The notes below the pieces were generated by a model. The model saw only the letters and a program-made list of their open reading frames with translations, was not told the origin of the DNA and did not search any database. Of a stretch of DNA of 64,000 nt, positions 46,004-55,254 are shown in pieces. Source of the DNA: a bacterium (lineage in GTDB: Bacteria > Patescibacteriota > Minisyncoccia > Phycocordibacterales > UBA1550). Both the position numbers and the translations under genes were made by a program. Each line of letters opens with the position of its first letter. Within the stretch, counting starts at the first letter, position 1. The stretch spans positions 4,130 to 68,129 of the forward strand of contig JAUSES010000029.1 in assembly GCA_030649835.1 (NCBI GenBank), given 5' to 3'.

Positions 46004-46993
46004 ATGGAACGAATGATCCCCCACAAAAAATTATTGCCGGGTGTGTACCAAGGAACACCTGAGCAGTTTGACCAAAAGAAAGATGCTGGTCCGCGTCTCT
46101 TTCGTACTATGAAAATGGACGTTGCCGATGCAGTAAAAAACCAAAATGAAACGGCTGTTTCCATAGCGATAGCTGAGGAAAAGAAGAAGGCAGTCGCGCG
46201 GGCAAAAGAGGCAGAGCAGAAACCGACAGTGGCCTCTGCGCCTCCTGCGCCGAAGCCTATTGGGCGCATCATTGTTGTGATTATCGTTTTGCTCGTGATC
46301 GCGCTTACGGGGCTTGCCTCCGTGTATCTTTTGCCAAAAATTAAACAAATAAACCTTCCCACGATTTCTTTTCCTTCGTTTAGTAAAGCAGAAAAAGAAA
46401 GTGCTGTGGTTATACCGATCGTGCCCACACTACTTCCTGCACTCATTCCTGTTCAATACGAAAAGCGTTTTGATATGAGCATGGAGTCAAGAGAGGGTAT
46501 TCTTTCTGGGGTCGCAGGAGCACTGACGGAGGAGCTTCCCTTGGGGGCGATGAAGAACATCTACTTTAGCGAAAAGGCGGGTAGTGCCATTTCATCCTCT
46601 CGTTTTTTTAGTTTTTTTGGAGTTCAAACTCCCGATATTCTCAACCGCTCACTTGAAAAACCTTTTATGGTAGGGCTCGTGGGCGACACCACGGGAAAGC
46701 CTGCGCCATTTCTCATATTAAAAGTTTCCTCATATGAAGCTGGTCTTGCGGGGATGCTTGAGTGGGAGGCGGGGCTACCTGCTTTTTTCAGCACAGTGTT
46801 TGGGTCAAACATCACACAGACAGCAACTCCCACAGCAAAGTTCCGCGATATTGTTATCCTAGAAAAGGATGCACGATTATTCACTCCCGCATTTGGAGAG
46901 CCCATTGCCTATGCATTTGCAAATCCAAATACTATTGTGATTGCTGGAAGTCGTACTGCGCTTGAAACACTTCTTCCGCTAAAAAATAATTGA
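46004..46993 (+). CDS. membrane-anchored hypothetical protein (single TM)
   Basis: Helix IIVVIIVLLVIALTGLASVYLL. Confidence 0.45.
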   Translation: MERMIPHKKLLPGVYQGTPEQFDQKKDAGPRLFRTMKMDVADAVKNQNETAVSIAIAEEKKKAVARAKEAEQKPTVASAPPAPKPIGRIIVVIIVLLVIALTGLASVYLLPKIKQINLPTISFPSFSKAEKESAVVIPIVPTLLPALIPVQYEKRFDMSMESREGILSGVAGALTEELPLGAMKNIYFSEKAGSAISSSRFFSFFGVQTPDILNRSLEKPFMVGLVGDTTGKPAPFLILKVSSYEAGLAGMLEWEAGLPAFFSTVFGSNITQTATPTAKFRDIVILEKDARLFTPAFGEPIAYAFANPNTIVIAGSRTALETLLPLKNN

Positions 46994-47091
46994 CATCCCT
47001 ATCCATATACCATAGTATCTTAATCAGAATACCTGTTCAAAAAACTAGTCACCATCAACCCACTTTCTACATTTTATCGAGGAGAAGTTAT

Positions 47092-47940
47092 ATGCAAGCT
47101 AAAATAATAAATGGTCATGAAATCGCAGAGAAAATACGTGCCTCATTAAAAAGTCAGCTTGAAGGGATTCAATTAAAACTCGGAATCCTCTGTTCAGATA
47201 CATCGCCTGCTTCAATCTCGTACCAAGAAACCCTCATAAAAATTGCTCGCTCGCTTGATATACAGGTGGAAATTGTTCGTTTCCAAAAGGGTACTCCCCA
47301 GGAGGCTTTTAAGACAAAAATCTCTGAGTGGAATGAGGACACTGAAATACATGGAATCTTTCTGCTGCAACCACTTTTTGAGGGTATTAATGTAAGCGAA
47401 CTTAGAGTGCTTATTCACCCCCTGAAAGATATTGAGTGTGTTCACCCATATAATTCGAGCCTTAAACACTTCTCGGAAGATCACGTTGGGTCGTGCACCG
47501 CAAAGGCAATAATGGAGATCTTAGAATCCACTGGTGTCCAGTTAGAGGGTGCGGAGATTGTGGTTGTGGGGCACAGTAACATTGTTGGACAGCCGGTAAG
47601 CAAGCTGCTTATTGAAAGAAATGCGACTGTCACAACCTGCAACAAAGCAACATCAAACAGGGGGCTTCTTCGTAATCACGTAGAGCGTGCCGAAGTGCTT
47701 GTAGTTGCCGTCGGTAAAGCAAACTGCATTCCAGGAGATTGGATAAGGGTGGGCTCTGTGGTTATTGATGTTGGGTTTAATGATGTTGGCAATGGAAAAG
47801 TTGCTGGGGACGTCGAATTTGCTGTTGCGCAAAAACGGGCCAGTTACATCACTCCTATGGTTGGTGGTGTGGGCCCAGTCACTGCAATTATTGCAATGAG
47901 GCAATTGCTAATTGCTTACAAATTGCAACAAAAAAAGTAG
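47092..47940 (+). CDS. folD: bifunctional methylenetetrahydrofolate dehydrogenase/methenyl-THF cyclohydrolase
   Basis: Start MQAKIING with GGAGAAG upstream. GHSNIVGQPVS…VGGVGPVT are FolD motifs. Confidence 0.8.
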   Translation: MQAKIINGHEIAEKIRASLKSQLEGIQLKLGILCSDTSPASISYQETLIKIARSLDIQVEIVRFQKGTPQEAFKTKISEWNEDTEIHGIFLLQPLFEGINVSELRVLIHPLKDIECVHPYNSSLKHFSEDHVGSCTAKAIMEILESTGVQLEGAEIVVVGHSNIVGQPVSKLLIERNATVTTCNKATSNRGLLRNHVERAEVLVVAVGKANCIPGDWIRVGSVVIDVGFNDVGNGKVAGDVEFAVAQKRASYITPMVGGVGPVTAIIAMRQLLIAYKLQQKK

Positions 47941-48034
47941 TTTATGAGACAGCTCGTTTACTCAAGCCATTTTGGCAGAAGTAGACGAGCTGTTTTTATT
48001 AAAATTTAAGAATACGAGAGATGCTCGCTCCTTT

Positions 48035-48643
48035 TTATATAAACGAATTTACTCCTGATGCCGCACGAATTTGCTGTAATGCCCCCAGTATGTAGTCGCG
48101 CTTTTCTTTGCAAAACCCAACATCCGTAATACCATCCAAGTTCACCACCACGTTGACCTTAGAACCAAGTAGACATGCGAGCAATAAATATCGACCTACT
48201 TCAACATCGCTTATCACTGACGGATTACAAATTTTTCCCAACCTCTCCGCCACAAGAAGAACCTTCAAACATATTTTAAATACTGCGAACGGAACTTCTG
48301 ATGAAGCCTTCAATGCTTCCTGTATGGCTTTTGCTCGTATTTCAGTTTCAATAGAATTTTCTTTGGGCAACCTGCGTGCCACTATGACCGCTTTGAAACT
48401 AGCGGCATCCTGTTCTGCAAGATTAAGAAGATTACGTCGGTTTGTTTCTAAATTTACAAGAATTAATCGAATCTCTTCATCGACCTTAGTAAATTTTTGT
48501 TTACCAAGAGTAAGATTACAGACCATTGCCAATAAGGCAACCCCTTGAGCCCCTGTTATTGCTGTTACGACTCCCCCACCAGGCGTAGGGTTAGCGCTAG
48601 CAAGATCATCAAAATACTCCGCTATTGTCTGTTTACTAAACAT
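48035..48643 (-). CDS. formiminotransferase-cyclodeaminase C-terminal-like (methenyl-THF cyclohydrolase FchA-like) protein
   Basis: GGGVVTAITGAQGVALLAMVCNLTLGK. Confidence 0.65.
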   Translation of the reverse strand: MFSKQTIAEYFDDLASANPTPGGGVVTAITGAQGVALLAMVCNLTLGKQKFTKVDEEIRLILVNLETNRRNLLNLAEQDAASFKAVIVARRLPKENSIETEIRAKAIQEALKASSEVPFAVFKICLKVLLVAERLGKICNPSVISDVEVGRYLLLACLLGSKVNVVVNLDGITDVGFCKEKRDYILGALQQIRAASGVNSFI

Positions 48644-48737
48644 GATTGATTATCATCTTACCGTAACTATCACAAAGTATCTACATGGTCCTCCCTAAAT
48701 ATTGCATTTCATACTTCATATGATAAACTGTTCTCAT

Positions 48738-49097
48738 ATGATAAATACCGACGATCTCAAAAATACTCTTCTGGAAGAAAAGGCACGGCTCATGCTCGAG
48801 CTTTCTGGTGTTGGACATGAAAATCCTGAGATAGAGGGCGACTGGCAACCATCTGCGCCAGACTTAAATATCCCCACCGCAGACATCAATGATACCGCAG
48901 ACAGCATGGAAGCTTTTGAAGAAGCTGCTGCCATAGAAGTGGAGCTTGAAGCGCGACTTCTTGAAGTAGACTCTGCGCTCTCACGCATTGAAGCCGGCAC
49001 ATACGGCATTTGTCGCATCTGCGGAAGCGCCATCGAAGATGCGCGTTTGCATGCAAACCCCGCAGCACCAACCTGCATCGCGCACCGAGAAGGATAA
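48738..49097 (+). CDS. DksA/TraR-family C4 zinc-finger protein
   Basis: C-terminal CRICGSAIEDARLHANPAAPTCIAH, a four-Cys finger. A hairpin at 49082..49124 overlaps the stop. Confidence 0.65.
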   Translation: MINTDDLKNTLLEEKARLMLELSGVGHENPEIEGDWQPSAPDLNIPTADINDTADSMEAFEEAAAIEVELEARLLEVDSALSRIEAGTYGICRICGSAIEDARLHANPAAPTCIAHREG

Positions 49098-49201
49098 GTT
49101 GCTCCGCAACTTATCCTTCTCGGTGCGCACAATTGACCTGTGACAATTAACATGTGACGAATGCACCCTCTGTCAATTGTCAAATGTTAATTGTTAAACG
49201 T

Positions 49202-49218
49202 CCCCCCCCCTTTTTTTT
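49202..49218 (+). promoter_or_regulatory. C9T8 homopolymeric tract directly abutting the comM start codon
   Basis: cgtccccccccc tttttttt ATG. No Shine-Dalgarno sequence. Confidence 0.5.
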
Positions 49219-50751
49219 ATGCAATTTTCAAAACTATTTTCTGCGCAAATAGTTGGTCTTGTCCCCCATATTGTTGAAGTTGATCTCTCCAAGGGGCTCA
49301 ACAATTTTTCTCTAGTGGGGCTTCCGAGTGCGTCGGTAGATGAGTCCCGCGACCGCGTGAGCGCTGCAGTCAAAAACTCTGGCTACGAATCACCAAAACA
49401 AAAAAATCAAAAAACAGTAATCTCCCTCGCGCCTGCCGAGCTCAAAAAAGAGGGCTCGCATTACGACCTCGCCATCGCACTCGCGTATCTTTTTGCATCC
49501 GGTGAAACAAACTTTGACCCCAAAGGGAAACTTTTTCTCGGCGAGCTCGCGCTGGACGGCACCCTTCGCCCCATTCACGGTGCTCTTCTCATTACCAACG
49601 CCGCAAAACAAGCCGGCTTCACAGAAATATTTTTACCAAAAGTGAATGCCGAGGAAGCCGCACTCGTAGAGGGGATAGTTGTGTATGGTGTGCGCAATCT
49701 CATTGAAGCACTGCACCACCTTGATAAAAAGATGAAATTTAATTTGACCGCGTTTGAGCGAACTGAAAAAACTCCACAGACAAATACAACAAACAAAACA
49801 AACGTTGATCTCTCGCACATCAAGGGACAAGAGTTTGCAAAACGCGCACTTGAAATAGCCGCCGCAGGCAATCACAACCTTGCTTTGTGGGGGCCACCAG
49901 GAACAGGGAAGACAATGCTCGCGCAGGCGTTTCCGCACTTGCTCCCCGATTTACAAAATGAACATTCGCTGGAGGTGACTGGTATTCACTCGGTCGCAGG
50001 AACACTCCGTGAAAACATTATGACGCGCCCGCCTCTTCGCGCGCCACATCACACTGCCTCGTACCCTGCGGTTATTGGCGGAGGAACCACACCAAAGCCG
50101 GGGGAGATTACACTCGCGCATCGCGGTGTGCTTTTTTTAGATGAATTTCCTGAGTTTGATAGGCGTGTCATTGAGTCACTTCGTGAGCCACTTGAAGAGG
50201 GGCACATTCGCATCACGCGTTCAAAAGGTCATGACACATTTCCTGCACGATTCATTTTGCTCGCCGCAATGAACCCATGCCCGTGTGGAAAATATGGAAG
50301 CGAAGAACGCTGTACCTGTATGCCCGGCACGCTCGCTTCATACACGCGGAAAATTTCTGGCCCCATTGTAGACCGCATTGAGCTTTGGGTAAAAGTTTCC
50401 CACATGAGCCACGATAAACTCTCACAAAAAAGTGCGAGTGAAAACACGGAGAGAGTTCGTGCGCGGATTGAATCTGCGCGCAAAGTACAACAAGCACGCT
50501 TCGCAAACCATTCGCGTAAGATTACGACCAATAGCGAAATGCGCGCAGATGATATTGAAACTTTTATACAACTCTCACCAAAACTTCGCACTCTTTTCAA
50601 TGCTTCCGCTGAACGCCTCAGGCTTTCCCCACGCGCACATCACAAAACCATCAAGGTCGCCCGCACCATTGCAGACCTCGACCAGTCTCCCGATATCCAA
50701 GAAAAACATCTCCTCGAAGCCTTTGCATATAGACCAACGGAGCTGAGGTAG
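49219..50751 (+). CDS. comM: YifB/ComM-family Mg-chelatase-like AAA+ ATPase
   Basis: ChlI-type ATPase with Walker A GPPGTGKTMLA and an N-terminal Lon-protease-like domain. Confidence 0.85.
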   Translation: MQFSKLFSAQIVGLVPHIVEVDLSKGLNNFSLVGLPSASVDESRDRVSAAVKNSGYESPKQKNQKTVISLAPAELKKEGSHYDLAIALAYLFASGETNFDPKGKLFLGELALDGTLRPIHGALLITNAAKQAGFTEIFLPKVNAEEAALVEGIVVYGVRNLIEALHHLDKKMKFNLTAFERTEKTPQTNTTNKTNVDLSHIKGQEFAKRALEIAAAGNHNLALWGPPGTGKTMLAQAFPHLLPDLQNEHSLEVTGIHSVAGTLRENIMTRPPLRAPHHTASYPAVIGGGTTPKPGEITLAHRGVLFLDEFPEFDRRVIESLREPLEEGHIRITRSKGHDTFPARFILLAAMNPCPCGKYGSEERCTCMPGTLASYTRKISGPIVDRIELWVKVSHMSHDKLSQKSASENTERVRARIESARKVQQARFANHSRKITTNSEMRADDIETFIQLSPKLRTLFNASAERLRLSPRAHHKTIKVARTIADLDQSPDIQEKHLLEAFAYRPTELR

Positions 50752-50900
50752 GGGAACGAGGGGGACACACGGGACAGGAAGAACGAAAAATATACGAAAC
50801 AACGCGCTGTCGCGTAGCGACTGCGCGCTTCTTCCCCGTGTGGGGTTCCCCTTGTGTGCCCCTGTTCTTCTTGTCCCAAATGTTTCCCCCCCCCCGCCCC
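50752..50900. repeat. family-T palindromic element copy 3 (gggacaggaagaac…cgcgctgtcgcgtagcgactgcgcg…gttcttcttgtcccaaatgtttccccccccc)
   Basis: Outer IR gggacaggaagaac/gttcttcttgtccc, a GCGTAGCG apex hairpin, and a terminal C9GC5 tract. Confidence 0.6.
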
Positions 50901-51974
50901 CTAAAACGGATTCTTCGCTCCACGCACTTCAAAGTGCAAATGTGAACCACTAGATTTTCCTGTATTCCCCACCTCGCCAATAAATTGCCCCTTGTCCACG
51001 CGTCCACCCACTGCGGTAAATACAGTGCTCAAATGTCCATACAAAGTTTGTGTACCGTTTGGATGTTCAATCACAATATAGTTGCCATAGCCACCCCCAC
51101 ACGTTCGTCCACAAGCGCCTGTTTTAAACTTGCTTACAATCACAATACCTTCCGCCGAGGCATACACTGGAGTCCCCCTCGGTGCGCCATAGTCCACACC
51201 ATTGTATCCATGAATCCCCTGTGTCTTGTGTCCCAAAGGAACTGGGTGAGCATAGTATCCATTATATGCAGGATATGAAGCAATAGTACGAGAGCGACTT
51301 CCACTTGTGGTGCTTCCTGATGTTGTTGGCACTACTACCTCAGCTCCATTTGGCACAATGACAATATCTCCCACAGAAAGTTTTTCTGTCGCAGTCATGT
51401 CGTTAAATTCAAGAATTTCTGCCATATCTCCTTTGTATTTCTTTGCAATACTCTGAAGTGTGTCTCCTTTTTGTACCGTGTGCTGAACGCCGTCAATTGG
51501 TAAAACAACAAGGTGCTGACCGTCACGAAGCGTAGCCCCTCGAGAAAGGTCGTTTGCCCAAAGAATAGTGTTGACTGACACCCCAAACATTTTCGCCACC
51601 TGAGCTATCGTGTCCCCAGAACGAACAACGTAGAGACTTACTTTACCCTGATGATCTCCTTGCTCCACGTCAGCGAGGGTTCCGGATGGTCCTGTTTCTG
51701 AAAGGAGGGCGCTGTCGTCCACAACAGTAATATCGCCACCTCCTTTTGCGGGATTTGGGTCAAAATTAACCGCCCCTTCCAAAAGGCTAATTGTCTGCGA
51801 ATTCTGCGCCTCAGAACGCACCGCCAAAACAGCTGTATTATTTGACTTCTTTTCAGATAAATAGAAAAAACCCCTAGCCTCTACTACGGCAAGGGGGGCG
51901 AGGAGCCCAAAAATAACAGACAAAAGAAAAACTAAGGTGCTCAAAAACCCGCCGAAAGTCGCGCCCTTTTGCAT
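50901..51974 (-). CDS. M23-family peptidoglycan endopeptidase with two LysM domains
   Basis: LysM copies (YVVRSGDTIAQVA…, HTVQKGDTLQSIA…) and the M23 HxH motif (GSHLHFEV). Confidence 0.8.
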   Translation of the reverse strand: MQKGATFGGFLSTLVFLLSVIFGLLAPLAVVEARGFFYLSEKKSNNTAVLAVRSEAQNSQTISLLEGAVNFDPNPAKGGGDITVVDDSALLSETGPSGTLADVEQGDHQGKVSLYVVRSGDTIAQVAKMFGVSVNTILWANDLSRGATLRDGQHLVVLPIDGVQHTVQKGDTLQSIAKKYKGDMAEILEFNDMTATEKLSVGDIVIVPNGAEVVVPTTSGSTTSGSRSRTIASYPAYNGYYAHPVPLGHKTQGIHGYNGVDYGAPRGTPVYASAEGIVIVSKFKTGACGRTCGGGYGNYIVIEHPNGTQTLYGHLSTVFTAVGGRVDKGQFIGEVGNTGKSSGSHLHFEVRGAKNPF

Positions 51975-52217
51975 GGTTACCTCTGCTTTTATTCCAGCTT
52001 TCCTCGAGATGGAAAGACCAAAAATAGTCCACCACGACTTTTTTCGGGTAAACCTTGAAAAATATGAGTATTTCGCCCGGACTGCTTTCTTTTGCCCTCG
52101 TCCGAGGTCCTGTAATTTTGTAGAAATAGGTCTATATAATAGGTGCCGTTCGGTCGTACGGTCAGGTCGGGAAAAGTCGTGTTTTCTGTGAACCTGGGGC
52201 CAATCCCCATGGTTAAG

Positions 52218-52403
52218 GGTCGGTCCAAGATTTAATGTCTAGCAAAAACTTTAAAATTTACTGCGAAAATCATGAATCTCGAGGAGGCATATATCATATG
52301 CTGACAAGAGATTGATGATTTGCAGCGGAAATTTTAGGGTTTTGGCAGACAAACAAGCGCAAGCTGTATCTTTATGCCCTGTGTTTAAATCTTGGACCGA
52401 CCC
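52218..52403. repeat. long-range inverted repeat (gggtcggtccaagatttaa … ttaaatcttggaccgaccc) enclosing ~145 nt within a 580-bp intergenic region
   Basis: 18-19-bp perfect arms. Confidence 0.6.
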
Positions 52404-52484
52404 TGTTTAACGATAGCATAAATCATTACTGAAAAGGAGGGCTCTGGGGATATGTTGTGGACAACTTTTGGGTCGAAAATCCCT

Positions 52485-52512
52485 TGACTTTTCTATATAT
52501 TCTTGGCATAAT
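52485..52512 (+). promoter_or_regulatory. sigma-70-type promoter (TTGACT, 16-nt spacer, CATAAT) upstream of the 836-aa gene
   Basis: Consensus-like hexamers ~40 nt upstream of ATG 52554. Confidence 0.5.
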
Positions 52513-52553
52513 TCTATGTACATAAACACAAGCTTGTGTAATAATTCAAACTA

Positions 52554-55064
52554 ATGAACAACTCAAAAGAAACATTTGAATTTAAACCTCATCTGCAAGA
52601 AATTTCTGATGTAGAAGTCATCGGCACCCCTTCAACATTGGACTCAACAAACCCAAATAAGCCTGCGGAAGCAGCGAGCTACGGCATGGGTGCCCACTTT
52701 GAAAAGGCAGGAATCACAGCAGCAAGCTTTCCTGCTGAAAAACCAGAGGCGCCTGTCGCCTCTGCGGCAAACGAGACTTTTGAAAAAGGCACGGCCGGGA
52801 CAGTGAACGAGAATAAGGCTCCTCGCGGTGGAAGAGGGACAAAAGGGGCGCCAGATGAAATCAAAGAAGCTATTGAGGAGGCACAGAAAATAGAAGTCAA
52901 AATTGACCACGATTTTGCAAAACTAAAGAAGCACAAGGATGATCTCGTTCGTACGCTCGCCAAACTTCACCTTCAAGAAACTGAGGCCCTGAGGCGTGGG
53001 GTTTCTCTTGATCTTCAAAAAAAACTACGAGGCAAGGTAGATAGAGCTCAAGCAAGCCTTGATAAAATAAATGGCATTCTTCCAAAGACAACAGAAAATG
53101 GTGCGCCGAGCGAACATCAGGCTATTTTAAAAATAGTTGAAGATTATAGAAAAAATAAAGATGTCCTTAAAAAACTTTATTCAAAAATAGGAAAGGCAGA
53201 AAACGACCTTAAGAAAAAGCCGGGGGACGGCAGGATACAAGGAGAGGAAAATCGCGCTCAAGCAGAAAAGGCAATCGTGGAAACAAACCTTGCAAAAATT
53301 GCAGCCGATGCTGAGCAACTACTTGCAAAAACAGAGGCTCCATCGCTTTCAGAAGAGGCGGGGCTTTCATACACACACGCACAAGCTGTTGCCGACCGCA
53401 AGGAATGGGAAGAGCGTCACAAAAATGCGCAGGCAGATGCCGTGCTTGAATCAGTGCCAGCAGAGAATGAAATTGAGTTTGAGTCACAAGCAGTAGAAAA
53501 ATCAGCACAAGAAAACTACGCGGAGGGGTGGGAGCGTATTTGGGGTAAAAAAGAAACAGAAAAAAACAATTCAGAAATTCCCACCCTTACCGAGGTGGTT
53601 GAGGAGCCAATTGCAAAATTTGAATTGTCCGAAAGAGCGCGAAGTGGTCTCAACCCTGAACAACTAGAACTTTTTGAGAAGGTGCAGGAAGGAATTTCTA
53701 ATGCGGAAAAATCCGCCACAGAGCAAGTAAAAAAAGCAGGGATGCCAGAAAAAATGTTGGGTCTTTTACGCAAAGGTGGGGAGTCATATTCAAAGTTGCC
53801 ACTAAAAACAAAACTTCTTGTTTCTATAGCACTCTTTGGAGTAGCGTGGGCAGCAGGCGGAACCATTGCGAGCGTAGCAATAGGAGGTTCTGCTATCCAG
53901 CGCGCCCTCGGTGGTATGGCAACATTTGTCGCAGCAGAAGGGGCATTGAAAGCAAGTGCGGAAAAGGGTGGGGGTGGGCGTGGAAAATTTGAAAAATCTC
54001 GACACACCGCGGAAGCTCTGCTTGCCGGGTTCCTCGTTGGAGGTGGGGCACTCGGTCTTGCTATCAATAATGCTTTGGCTGAAGGACTCCCTTCTCATGA
54101 AACAGCAACCGCGCCTGTGGAAACTGATGCTGAAAAAATTGAAAAGTTGCGATCAGAAATAATGCCTAAAGCAAATCTTGCAGCGCTTGATACTGCACCA
54201 AATACTGACTACACTGCTGTCGCAGAGGCAGGGGATTCTCGTTGGACTCTCGTGGGCGAGGCCCTTGCCAAGGGCCCTTACGAAAAGGAGTTCAGTCTTC
54301 TTCCTCAAGGTCAGCAGGAATACGTCATTGATGCAATCAAGGATAAACTTACTGCGGGAATGACCGCGGAACAAGCGAATATGCTGAACGTAGGAGATGA
54401 AATTGATTTCAAAGAAATTTTTGCAGACAAGGATTTCATAGAGAAAACGTTTGCTGATGCGCAAAACCTCAGCACGCCGGAGCTCGAAAATATTGCGAAT
54501 TACAATCCTGATGAAGTTGCAGATGCGCCCACGGTTAAGGAAATTTTTGAACCTAAAGTAATGGATTTTTCTCCCCACGGTGCGCTTGAGGGGTCATCTT
54601 CTCCAGTACCAACAATTCCATCAGAAATTCTTCCGGGAGATCCTCCAAAAATTATAGAAAACTTCTCTCTTGAAAACCTTTCTACTCCAGATGCTCCCAC
54701 GCTAACTGAAAATCTAGCTTCAATATCTCCTATTTTTACGCCGAGCGATCCACAGATTCTTATTTACGCAAAAGAGGTAACAGACAATAATATACAATCA
54801 GTTTTTGGTAAGGTGGGTGGGTTTCTTGGATTTGGTTCTTCAGACGGGCAAGAAATATTTAAAAACTTTGCCGACAAGCCGGTTGACCAATTTATTGGAA
54901 CGAAGGCTCCGTCAGTACTTACTGTGGATGAAGGAAAAATGAAAGAACTAATTGAAAAATCAGTTGAGCAGACGCATGTCAAATCAATGCCTGGAGAAAA
55001 GGTTGTGGATTATTTAAACCGCTCTGCAGCAATCAACATTGAAAGGTTCACAAAAAACGGTTAA
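52554..55064 (+). CDS. large coiled-coil protein (836 aa) with central Gly/Ala-rich TM segments
   Basis: ORF. The N-terminal ~400 aa are K/E-rich helical. TM-like segments LLVSIALFGVAWAAGG… and LLAGFLVGGGALGLAI. Confidence 0.5.
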   Translation: MNNSKETFEFKPHLQEISDVEVIGTPSTLDSTNPNKPAEAASYGMGAHFEKAGITAASFPAEKPEAPVASAANETFEKGTAGTVNENKAPRGGRGTKGAPDEIKEAIEEAQKIEVKIDHDFAKLKKHKDDLVRTLAKLHLQETEALRRGVSLDLQKKLRGKVDRAQASLDKINGILPKTTENGAPSEHQAILKIVEDYRKNKDVLKKLYSKIGKAENDLKKKPGDGRIQGEENRAQAEKAIVETNLAKIAADAEQLLAKTEAPSLSEEAGLSYTHAQAVADRKEWEERHKNAQADAVLESVPAENEIEFESQAVEKSAQENYAEGWERIWGKKETEKNNSEIPTLTEVVEEPIAKFELSERARSGLNPEQLELFEKVQEGISNAEKSATEQVKKAGMPEKMLGLLRKGGESYSKLPLKTKLLVSIALFGVAWAAGGTIASVAIGGSAIQRALGGMATFVAAEGALKASAEKGGGGRGKFEKSRHTAEALLAGFLVGGGALGLAINNALAEGLPSHETATAPVETDAEKIEKLRSEIMPKANLAALDTAPNTDYTAVAEAGDSRWTLVGEALAKGPYEKEFSLLPQGQQEYVIDAIKDKLTAGMTAEQANMLNVGDEIDFKEIFADKDFIEKTFADAQNLSTPELENIANYNPDEVADAPTVKEIFEPKVMDFSPHGALEGSSSPVPTIPSEILPGDPPKIIENFSLENLSTPDAPTLTENLASISPIFTPSDPQILIYAKEVTDNNIQSVFGKVGGFLGFGSSDGQEIFKNFADKPVDQFIGTKAPSVLTVDEGKMKELIEKSVEQTHVKSMPGEKVVDYLNRSAAINIERFTKNG

Positions 55065-55076
55065 TATTACACAAAC

Positions 55077-55254
55077 ATGAATCCCGTTAGAGATGAAAGC
55101 GTTATGTTTTTGTCACCAATAGGATATACTGAAGCTATTACTATTAACAGATTGATATAATAAGGATACGGAAACTTGTCCCGTTAGAAGCCGCGAGAGA
55201 ATCGCAACGCTGAGTTGCTTCTAACGGGATAAATTTCCTATCTCTAACGGGATG
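55077..55254. repeat. family-1 TIR element copy D (ATGAATCCCGTTAGAGAT … TTTCCTATCTCTAACGGGATG) with a nested inner copy of the arms (cccgttagaag…cttctaacggg)
   Basis: The right terminus ATG (55252) is the start codon of the downstream gene. Confidence 0.7.

Noticed and set aside
45934-46446. 170-aa minus-strand ORF overlapping the start of the 329-aa membrane-protein gene
   Set aside because: It is antisense to a gene with a clear TM helix and good start context, and its own translation is low-complexity.
50888-50900. C9GC5 homopolymer next to the M23 peptidase stop as a separate phase-variation site
   Set aside because: It is the variable terminal part of the family-T element (the other copies carry a CT-rich tail here) and lies outside any coding or promoter sequence. 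It is kept only as part of that repeat.
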